A stretch of 62,725 nucleotides of DNA, the filler included, from Chrysochromulina tobinii (taxonomy: Eukaryota), in assembly GCA_001275005.1 (NCBI GenBank). It is 5 parts of 5 records of this genome, joined end to end, with 100 filler letters (N's around TTAATTAATTAA, not from the genome) between each part and the next. Parts side by side here need not be neighbours in the genome. Positions count along the whole stretch, not along the records: positions 1 to 16,216 come from JWZX01001313.1; 4 more parts are not named here. The stretch is one strand, 5' to 3'. Of the stretch, positions 1 through 10,400 are shown one piece after another. The notes under the pieces were generated by a model that was given only the letters and a program-made list of their open reading frames with translations, was not told where the DNA came from and searched no databases. Position numbers and translations under genes: made by a program. The number at the start of each line of letters is the position of its first letter. Position 1 is the stretch's first letter.

Positions 1-175
1 GAGATACATGTATCTTGATGTATCTGATGTGTATCCCAAAATGTATCTTGGACTCGTTTGGGATACGTGTGAAATACATGCAAAATGTCAAGATACATGT
101 ATTCTCTTGGAATGTAACAGAGCATGTAACATACATTTGAGATACATCAGGATACATTCGGGATATTACATGTAT
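1..175. repeat. AT-rich degenerate repeat tract built on GATACAT/ATGTATC motifs
   Basis: Palindrome GATACATGTATC at 3-14 and many GATACAT/ATACAT and ATGTATC copies up to ~175; much lower GC than downstream. Confidence 0.5.
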
Positions 176-870
176 GGTGTTGCGGTTGGTCCATTCGATG
201 TGGAGATACGTCCCCTGATTTAGGTTGGTCTCTGCTGATTGCGGCTTGGACGATGGCTGGTGTTATTTCGGCTTTGATGGCTGGCCATGTGCTCATGAGG
301 GCGTCGGAGAAGGTTCGGGCGGCTGCTCCTTTAAGGTAGCGCGGGGCGTGGGTGTAGCTGTAGGTGTATTCGTTCATTTCGTCGTCGGTCGCTCATCGGC
401 TATGTACTCTCTGTGTCTTTTGCTTGCGGTTCGCCGCGGTCCCGTCCTGTGGCCGGTCTCGTCGTATGTGGCTACCCAGTACCCTGTTCCGCCGTCGCGC
501 TCCGGCCAGTCGCATGGGCCAGTACCGGCTACCGCGGCTACGCGACCTCTACGGGCCCGCTTGCCTCACTTTTAAAAGTCGGACTTTTCGGCGCCGTTGG
601 CGTTGCGCTCGCGCCGCTCGGGCTGGCGACTGCTCGGAACACCGTACTTCACCGTACAGCTGCACACCGTACACGCTTCGTATGCCTGGGTACCCCCCTC
701 GCCACGTGTTCGTGTACGCTGCCTGTTGGCATGTTTCTTACCTCCGGGACGCCCGCCCCGCCGCTCCCCCCCGCGCTGATGAGAAGGCGATGGCCGATGA
801 AAAGAGAGAAGACGCAGCGAAATGGAGGCGCGGTGCACCAAGGATGTGGTGAAGCGTATAGCACCACGCA

Positions 871-3353
871 TCATACATTGAGGGCATCTTTCTCACCGAG
901 ACCCGAAGCAGGTGCACGCAGGTCACATACTTCGATGGCCAGCTCCTCCTGCGCAGCCACCAAAAGATCGCGCTTGGTTCGCGCGTGGTGGTCTCGGTGG
1001 TACTCCGCATGGAGGTACGAGTACGCTTTGTGCCTGAAGGTCCGCTTGCGACCCACCGTGAAGCCGCGCGGAAAGAGGGCGTTCACGGTGTTGGAAAAAA
1101 AGAATTGCAGGAAGTCCGGCGCACGGTTCTTAATCTTGACCGCAGCAGAGAGCGCCAAGCGACCGCGCATGCCCACGTGGTTGAAACCAACCAGGAACAA
1201 GGTTCCGACTTTGCACTCGTCGCTCGCCAGCCGCAGCCGCACCGCGTCTGCAAGGGCGACGGCGCCGGCATCGCCAATGTCGTTGCTGCCCAGGTCGACC
1301 AACTGCAGCTCGCGCGCCTTGCCCATGGCGATGAAGGCCGCGAAGGATTGCAGGCCAGCGTCGCCTAAGTCGTTGCCGACGAAGAAAATCACCTTGAGGC
1401 CGGGCGCGACGCCACTGATCAGCGCGCTGCCGAGGGCCTCGACACCGCGTGGGCCCAGGCGGTTGAATCCAAGGAAGAGCTGCTCGAGCTGGGGCAGCGC
1501 GCCGGAGGAGAGGACGCCGCTGATGGAGGCGAGATGCTCGTCGGTGAGGCCGGTAAAGTTGAGATCGAGCCTCTTCAGGTTGACGCAAAAGTTGAGCGCC
1601 TGGCCGAGCCGTTCCGGCGAGCGCCACGGGTCCTTAGGGTCGAAGGGGATGCCGAAGAAAGAGAGCTCCTTGACGCAACCGAGGACGGCACGTGCCGTCT
1701 TCTCGTAGAGTGCGAGCACCTGCGCCCGGTCGGCGCCGTTGGTGAAACTGCGCTCCTTGAAGAGTTCCTCCATCCGCTCGGGCGTTGTCGGCAGCCTGCG
1801 AAGTGCTGCACGCTGCTTGCCGAGGTCGATGACGAGAGGCCAACCCGCCTGATGAGGGAGGCAATCAGGCTGATGAGGGAGGCAATCAGGGCTCATCAGG
1901 TTGATGACGAGGGGCCAACCCGCCTGCTGAAGGGTGAACGTCTTGCCGAGCTCCGCAGAGCACCGTTCGAACGTCGTCCAGCCGCGGCTTTCGTACGTGC
2001 GAATTGCATCGAACGATTTCGGCAGCTTCTTGGGCAGCTCGGTGAGCAGAACGACCGTCGTCTTGGAGTGCGCGTACCACAAGTCCATCGTGTGATCGAG
2101 TGCGAATTTCGTCGCCTGGGCCTGCGCCTCCGTTCGGCTGTCGCGGTAGCGCTCGGCCGCGCGCCGCTGGTCCTCGGTACGCTTCTCTTCGGCTATGAGC
2201 TCGGCCGGAGTCCACATCCTCGGATCCTTCTGAAAGAGGGAGGCCCAGTCGAAGAAGACGCCCATGTCGCAGAAGCCGTAGGCCTGGCACACGCCGAGCA
2301 GCCCAGAGCGGCGCAGCACGCCGAAGCTTGGGAAGAGGGTCTCCAGCCGTGTGCACAGCAGCCGCAGCTGCTCGCCATCGCAGTCTGGGTGCCTCGGTTC
2401 CAGCCAGCAACTGCGAGTGCACGCGGGGACATGCGGACCGTGTGAGAGGTGGGCGCCGGACACAATGAGGGGGATTGCAACTCAACGAGGGGGCGTTCGG
2501 CGCGACGTGACGCGTACTATGAGATGGCGACGATAGGGAGCAGGTCATCGACGTTGCGCTTGACAAACTTGCACGAGAAGATCTTGAAGAGCACGCGCAA
2601 CGCGCGCTTGAGCAGATTACCCTCACCAAGCTGCACCTCGAGCGTAAACGTCTCGTAAATCGAATAAAAGTCCACGCCGCGCTTCGCCTGCCGTGAGATC
2701 TTCTGCAGCTCGTCGACGCCGATGAAGGCGGCCTCAGGCAGCTCCTGCCGCCGCGGCAGGACGCCGCCGTATTCCCTGTGCACGCTGCTACCTGGCTGGC
2801 CGAGCGCGAGCAGCCACGACAGGCGCACCAGGCGCACCGGCCGCTCGCTCTCCTTGACGCCGTCGCCTTTGAGCGCTTCCCAGACCTCATCGTGGCCGAG
2901 GTAGCGCCGCGCAGCCGCCTGCGCCTCTTCGGAGGAGACGGCAGGGCTCGTACCTCTCGGGTGTGAGAGTGCCACCTCGCGAAGCGATTGGGATGGCTTG
3001 AGACGCTCCGAAGAGGGAATGCCACTGCAGGAGCACAGCCTGATGCCGACGGTCAGGCACAAGAGCGAGAGTGGCAGATAGATAAACTCCACACTCAAGA
3101 CGATTGCACTCACGATGCCCATGATCAGGGTCACGGGCAGGATGCACAAGTGGACCGCGAGGGGCATCGCGAGCAAGTCATGCAAGTAGAGGTGCGCCGC
3201 GAACACATGGACCGGAAAAAGAACGATGAGCAGAATGGGCGTGGCGATGGTCCCAATGAGCAGCATGGCCTGGATTACGTAACAGAGGGCGATTTGAATG
3301 GATGGCTTCCATGGCAGCGCGGTGCCCGACGGCAAAGTGCGGGCGGAGTTCAT
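871..3353 (-). CDS. Membrane-anchored HET-like domain + RI-type LRR protein (3 exons)
   Basis: ORFs 2517-3353 and 871-2463 join through GT-AG intron 2411-2517 (IVAISY|CWLEPRHPD). In-frame GC-AG intron 1849-1923. Hydrophobic N-terminal helices; HET-like motifs AISYCW, FFDWASLFQ, MDLWYAHS, YESRGWTTFER; C-terminal RI-type LRRs (LFLGFNRLGPRG, VDLGSNDIGDAG). Confidence 0.75.
1849..1923 (-). other. 75-nt GC-AG intron flanked by exon duplication
   Basis: Intron start copies the downstream exon (AGWPLVI encoded twice, 2 mismatches over ~28 nt); ends in two copies of CTGATTGCCTCCCTCATCAG. Confidence 0.7.
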
Positions 3354-3687
3354 CCACCAGGTGGATCCTGACCAACAAACATCGTTTTCCCACAGCCCGG
3401 AAGCGACCCATGGTACAATGTTCTCCCATGGTATATGTCCTGTGGGCGCTTCCGCGTCCGTGTGGTGGTTACAAATTGTGTGGACACTTGGGCCACGTGG
3501 CTAGAGGTCAGCACCCAGCCCCTGTACGCGATATCGCGATTCCTCTTCCGTGGTGTGGTTACAAATTTCGTTGGGACAGGTGGTTACAAGTGTCGTGAAA
3601 CGCAGCTGGTTACACTTCGTAGCGAGTACCTAGGAAGTTCCTAGTGCCAAGGAGCGCCGTATCGTGCACTTGGGACCACGATAGCAT

Positions 3688-3966
3688 GGGCTGTGTCGGC
3701 CACACCTCCGTCCATAGTGACCGTGGTCCTCGTGCTTGGGGGTCCGGAGTGTGTGCGCGCGTTGTGTTGAACAGCAGCAGCACCATCGGTACTATTGGGT
3801 TACGATAGGGGGGAGGGTCTCACCTTCCCCCGCCCGCCGCCGATTAACGGCCTGTGTAATAGCAGGCTGTGTCGGCCACGCCTCCGTCCATTGCGATAGC
3901 GGCCCCCGTGCTTGGGGGTCCGGACGGGAGAGCGCGCGCGTTGTGTGTGTTTCACAGCAGCAGCAC
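3688..3966. repeat. Two imperfect ~100-bp direct repeats
   Basis: GGCTGTGTCGGCCAC...GTGCTTGGGGGTCCGGA...ACAGCAGCAGCAC at ~3688-3783 and ~3866-3966. Confidence 0.7.
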
Positions 3967-4297
3967 AGAAATACGACACAGCATGGCCTGTACTGCCGTT
4001 CCGGTTGAAGACCCTGGGGATGCAGGAGACACGTTCACAGATATACTACGGTACGACCTATGCAGACACTCTGCGTCAAGCCCGACACGTCACGTTGCAC
4101 ATTGTCGTGCCCACGGTCCCAGACACCGCGCAGCGGCGTCGCGCGGTCGGGAGCCTTCTCGTTGTCCCCTGCGCACTGCACGCCCTTCTCAGTGTCCCCG
4201 CCCAACCTGCATTACGAGCACAAAGAGGGTGCTCGCCTCGGCGCCACACCCGCCGTCAACTCGCGCCGAGCAGCATGGTGCCCGGCCGGGCAGATCG

Positions 4298-4462
4298 ACT
4301 AGTACCATATAGCCCAAAAAGGGGGTGCCTGGCAGAACTAGCCCGAAAAGGAGGTGATCAAACTAGCCCAAAAAGGGGGTGATTGCACTAGCCCAAAAAG
4401 GTGGTGATCAAACTAGCCCAAAAAGGGGGTGATCGCACTATCCCAAAAAGGGGGTGATCGCC
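4298..4462. repeat. ~25-bp tandem repeat overlapping the PKS-NRPS stop codon
   Basis: About six copies of ACTAGCCCAAAAAGGGGGTGATC(GC/AA); the last encodes the C-terminal ITPFLG*. Confidence 0.85.
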
Positions 4463-7400
4463 TCGGCCACTCCCGCCGTCAACTCGCCGAACATCATCGT
4501 CCAGTGCGTGCCCGGCAGCTCGATCTTGTGCACCGTTGCCCGCGTCAGGTGCTGCAGCGAGCTCAGGAAGACGCATTCGCTCTGGTATGGGCGAGCGTCC
4601 ACGAGTGGGCAGCGCACGAGGGGGGTAGGCGTGGGCACGTGCGTGTCGAGCAGCCGATTGCATGCGACAAAGTGGCGCGCGGCGTTGGCACTGAGGCTCT
4701 CGAGCATCGCTTCGTCGTCGATCAGGGGAGCCAGCTGGGCGCGGAGCACCTGCCATTAGGTGCAATCAGGTTCAATCAGGTGCAATCAGGTGCAATCAGG
4801 TGCAATCGGGTGCAATCGGGTGCAATCATGTGCACTCGGATGCAACCATGTACATCAGGTGCAATAAGTTGCAATCAGGTTCAATCAGCATGGAGGGAAG
4901 CCAGCTGAGCACCTGCATGACCGCATCGCTGCGCGGGCTACCGTTGGCATCAAGACGCGGGCGGCCGTCCACATCGCTCGCTGTAGACGGATCGTGGAAC
5001 CCTCGGCCCTGCGTCTGCCCGAGTGGTGCATCGAACATGAGCACGGAGTGCACTGCTGGCAGAGGAGTGGGAAAGGTGTGTAGAGCTGGAGGCGCTGCGG
5101 AGGTGGGAGAGGGGTCGTCTTCACGCGCCATCTCGAGCGATCTCGCCTCGAGCTGACGCGCCATCTCGAGCGCCACTACACCACCGTACGACCAGCCGCC
5201 AAGCACGACGGCGGGCGACGCGCCCGCCATGGCGCCGCCCGCCACGGCGCCGCCCGCCACGCCGCCGCCCCCCAAGCCAAGTGCGTCGCTCATCAAGACG
5301 AGGCACTCCGCCGCAACCTCGGCGATCGACCCAAGCTGGAAGTCGCCGCCGTCGGTCAGGCAGCTGTCGTCGAAGGCGTACACGGGCCGTTGGTGGCCGA
5401 GGCGCCGGACCAGCGGCAGGTAGCACAGGCTACTTGCGCCTGCCGGATGGACCAAGAAGAGCGGCAGGTGCGTTGACGAATCCCCCGGCTGCAGGCACAC
5501 CATGCGCAGCTGGCGGGCGGGTGTGCCGGCGCTCGGGACGGCGCTCGACGCGCTGCCGCCGCCGTCCGCGGCGGTGGCGGCGGTGGCGGCGGTGGCGGCG
5601 GCGGCGGCGGCGCTGGCAGCGCTGGCATGCATTTGCGAGCAGATGCCGCGCACGGTGGGCTGTGCGAACAGTTGCTGGACCGTCAGCCGGGTGCCGAGCG
5701 CCGTCCTGAGCGCGAGCAGCAGCCGCAGGGCTGAGACGGAGTCGCCGCCTAGCCTGAAGAAGTGTGAACGTTCACAGCAGAGGGTCGCTACCGGTAGACG
5801 GAGGATGCTTGCCATCGCTTCACGCACCGCCGCCTCGACTGCGTCTGCTGGCTCCTCCACGGCGGGGGAGGTGCCCGACTCGGCGCCCTGCTGTGCGGAG
5901 CTTCGCCTGGTGGGCGGGGGGAGCCGTTTCCGATCCACCTTGCCGTTGGGGCTGAGCGGCACCTGCTCGAGCATCGTCCAGTGATGAGGGACCATGTAGT
6001 CGGGTAGCTTCTCGGCGCACAGGACACGGAGCCTGGCCTGCACGGCGTCGGCGTCGGCGGCGTCGGCTGTCCCGCCAACGGCTGTCCCGCCAACGGCTGT
6101 CCCGCCAACGGCTGACCCGCTAACGGCTGACCCGCTAACGGCTGACCCGCCAACGGCTGACCCGCTAACGGCTGACCCGCTAACGGCAGGCACCACGTAC
6201 GCGGCCAGCTTCCCTTCAAACACGGTAGCGGCCGCGCTCGCCACCGCAGCATCCTTGGTCAAGATCTCCTCAATCTCGCCGAGCTCGACGCGGAAGCCGT
6301 TCACCTTGACCTGCAATTTGAGGCAATCAGAGGTCATCAGAGGTCATCAGAGGCCATCCAATGCAATCAGAGGCCATCAGAGGCCATCGGAGGTCATCAG
6401 AGGCCATCAGAGGCCATCATCAGAGGCCATCCGATGCAATGAGAGGCCATCCGAGGCCATCGGAGGTCATCCGATGCAGTGAGAGGCAATGACCTGCGAG
6501 TCCTCCCGTCCCAAGATTTCTAGTAGCCCATCAGGGCGCAGACGACCAAGGTCGCCGGTTCGGAAGAGCATCGGTCCATTTGGGGTCGAAGGCGTCGTGT
6601 CGGGCGCGCCCGTGCGCAGGAATTGGCGCGCGCTCTTCTCGGGCTCCTGATGAGGGAGGCAATCAGAGGTCATCCGAGGCAATCAGAGGTCATCCGAGGC
6701 AATCAGAGGTCATCCGAGGCAATCAGAGGTCATCTGAGGCAATCGGAGGTCATCGGAGGTACCTCGTAGTAGCCCAACGCGACGCCTGCGCCGCCGATGT
6801 GGATCACGCCAGTAACCCATGGCTCGCAGTGATGGAGGTTGTCATCAAGGATGAGCATCGTCTGGTTGCGTAACGGCCGCCCGTACGGGATGGACGTCCA
6901 GTTGGGATCGGTGCTCAGCACGGCGCCCGGTGTGCCCTCGGGATGCAGCTCGTGCATATTCGACCAGATCGCGGCCTCGGTGGCGCCGCCCATGCTGATG
7001 ATGCGCAGCGCGGCACACTCGGACACGGCACGGATGCGCCCTGGGGAGAGCGCGCGCAATCCAACGAGCGATCAGAAGGCAATCGAGGTCAATCAAGAGA
7101 GATCAAGGGAGATCGCACCTGGGGAGAGCGCGCGAAACCAACGAGCGCTCAGAAGGCAATCAAGGGCAATCAAGGGCAATCAAGGGAGATCGAAGGAGAT
7201 CGATGGAGATCGCACCTGGGAGAGCGCGCGCAATCCAGTCTCCGCTCAAGAAGATGAGACGCAGGCAAGCGGGCAGCGTCCGGCCGGAATGCTCCGCATG
7301 CGCAACGAGCAACTCCATGAAGGCGGGCACGGTGTTCCAGATCGTGATCTGGTGCGAGCTCACGATCTCGAGCCAGATCTCGGGGTCGGGAGGGCTGATG

Positions 7401-10400
7401 AGGTCGTGAGGGGGCACGACCAACGAGGCGCCCGCGCCGAGCAGCCCGAAGACGTCATAGACGGATAGGTCGAAGCTGATGGACGAGAGCGCAAGCACGC
7501 GATCGGACGCACCGACGTCGAAGCGCTCGTTTAGGTCGAGGCACGTGTTCACGGCGCCCTGGTGGTGGCAACACACCCCTTTTGGAACGCCCGTCGAGCC
7601 CGAAGTATAGATGAGATATGCGAGCTCGCGGGGGCGCACGCGCCGTACTGGGCGCGGGTGAGCACGACGAGTGGCGTGCATGGCGTTCACGCCGACCGCC
7701 TCGTTCACACCGACCGCCTCGTTCACGTCAACGAGTGGCAATCCAACGGCTCGAAGCCATGCACACGCGCCGAGCGTGCTGGCGTCGCTCACGACGGCGC
7801 TCGCGTGGCTCAGCTCGAGGATCTGCTCGATGCGCTGCTGAGGCAGCTGGTCGGCGTTGATCGGCAGGTACGCGCAGCCCGCGCGCAGCACGCCCATCAC
7901 GGCGGCCACCTGCTCCCAGCCTTTGGTCGTCACGACGGCGACCACCGTGATCGAGCCGGGCGCTGTGCCGGGCGCTGTGTCGAGCGCCGAGCCAGGCGCC
8001 GAGCTGGGCGCCGCCGCCGTCTCGGGCGCCGTGCCGGCCTCTTCGGTGGCCGCCACTCCAACGTCCGCAAGCCGCGCCCAGACTGCCTCGGATGCGTGGT
8101 CGAGGGCGCGGTACGTGAGCGACGAGGACCGCCCACCCGAGGCATCGAGCCCGAGGACCGCCAACGCGTCGTGCCGAGCGCCCGTTGCATGCTCGGCGAA
8201 GAGCTCATGCAGCAGGCGTGTGTCGAGCTCGGAGGGAGGTGCGACCGGCAGCGCCGCCGTGGGCTCGGGGCGCAGCTCATAGACGAGTTTCGTCCACGCG
8301 CTCTCGTCGGTGCAGAGGGAGTGCAGCAGCCCCTCGTACATGGAGACCATCCCCGTCACCACCTCTGTGGGGAAGAGATCCTGCATGGACGCGAGCGAAG
8401 CCGGCGCCATCAGATGCCATTTGGTGCCATTGCCATCGGGTGCAATCAGGTGCCATCCGGTGCCATCCGGTGCCATCCGGTGCCATCAGGTGCCATCAGG
8501 TGCAATCAGGTGCAATCAGGTGCCACGCACCCGCATGATCTCGAGCAGCCACATGAGGCGCCCGTCGGGGTATTCCTTGACCGCATTCACCACGTACGAA
8601 CCGGGCGTCGCCTCTTGCACATGCACCTCGGTGAATTGAAGCTCGCGCCAATCGGACAATGCATGCTCGAGGCCCATCGCACTGACGAAGACGAAGGGTG
8701 CGACAGCGGCACCCGCTTGGTGGTGTACCTGCGTGGTCCGAGGCAATCCGTTGCCCTCAGAGGTCATCAGGTGCCATCAGGTGCCATCAGGCGTTCTCAG
8801 GAGCACACTCGGGCACACGGGCGCACTCATGTTGCAGTCCGGCGCAGTCAGGCGCCATCGGATGCAATCAGGTGCGATCCGGCGATGCCCACCTTGTTGT
8901 ACTGCTCCATGACCTCGACACCCGAGATCGACGCGTGCTCGAGATCTCGCATGAGCTCGTGCGTGAGTGCCTGGACGTGCTCCAGCACCGTCCTAGGTCG
9001 CTCAAGGTCAGCCTCGAGGAGGAAGGACGAGGAGAAGTTGCCGAGGATCTGGGAGGCGTCAGCATGCAATCACAGTGGTAATCAGTGGTAATCGGTGGTA
9101 CTCGGTGGTAATCAGTGGTAATCGAGGATCTGGGAGGCGTCAGCATGCACCGGGTGGCGATAGGGTGAGGAAGGCAATACGCGAGGCTATACGTGTGACG
9201 ATGAGCGGTACTCAGCAGTACTCGGTGGCAATCAGTGGTCATCAGTGGTCATCAGTGGCGCTCAGAGGAGGCGTGACCTTGGAAACGTCCTCGTGCACCG
9301 GGTGGCGCAGGCAGTGCAGGATGTTCAAAAGGAAGCGCGGGTGGCGAGCGAAGCGCGCCAGCACCAGGCAATAGATCGTCAGCATGACCGAGGTGGGCGT
9401 CACCCCGCGTGCGGCACAGCAAGCCTTGAGGCGCGAGAACATCTCGGCGCTCAGCACGGCGCCAATGTGACTAAACTCGCCCGTGGGGCGCCGTTGGCCC
9501 GGGGCCACAAGCATCGGCAGCTCCGGCGGCGGCGGCAGTTGCGGCACGCGATCCCACCAAAACGCCTTGGCAGCTTGGTACTCGGCGGAGGCCGCGAGCC
9601 CCGACGAGCCCTTGGCGCCGTCCTGAGCGCCGGTGAGGGAGAGGCAGTAGTCTTTGTACAGCAGCGAGCAAGCCGGCAGTTGGGCGTTCGGATCCTCGTA
9701 CAGGATCGAGAGCTGCCGGCGCATGGTCAGGTCGGACACCCCATCCATAATGAAGAGCGAGATGCAGAAGTGCATCGTCGACTGAGTGGGCGAGGTATGC
9801 GACACACGGCACTCGAAGAGTGGCCACGTCTCGGGGCGCGGACCTGTGGGGAGAGGGCGCGCCATGGTGAGCACTTGCATGCATGTGTGTATGGAAGAGT
9901 GGCCACGTCTCGGGGCGCGGACCGTCCCGAACCATCTGCGCCCTTGTGGCGAGCATCTGCTCGGGAGTCGCATGCCCATGCGGCGTCTCCACCGTGATCA
10001 CGTACTCGGGCACTCGCTCCAGCACGCGCATCATGCCGTCCGGCGTAACCACAGCGCGCCATGCCGGGTGGTGAGCACATAGCCGGTTCAGAGCCGCCTG
10101 CAGGCGTGCGATTAGAGGTCGTCAGAGGTCGTCAGAGGTCGTTAGAGGTCATTAGCGGTCATCAGAGGTCATTAGCGGTCATCAGAGGTCATCAGAGGTC
10201 ATTCATTAGCGGTCATCAGAGGTCATCAGAGGTCATCAAAGGTCATCAGAGGTCATCAGAGGTCACCTGCAGGCGCGAGATGTCGATCCGTCCCTTCCAT
10301 TGCCATTCAAAGTAGATCTGCGGGTTGAGCCCCTTCTCGGAGAATTCGGAGATGTGCAAGCCCACATAGTACGCCCGCGTGATGCCGATGAGTGGGAAGG

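Noticed and set aside
413..1708. 431-aa + strand ORF
   Set aside because: Antisense shadow of the LRR gene in high-GC DNA.
4298..4462. CRISPR-like array
   Set aside because: Head-to-tail repeats with no unique spacers, no cas genes, eukaryotic context.
7562..9091. 509-aa + strand ORF
   Set aside because: Antisense to the NRPS and reads through intron repeats.
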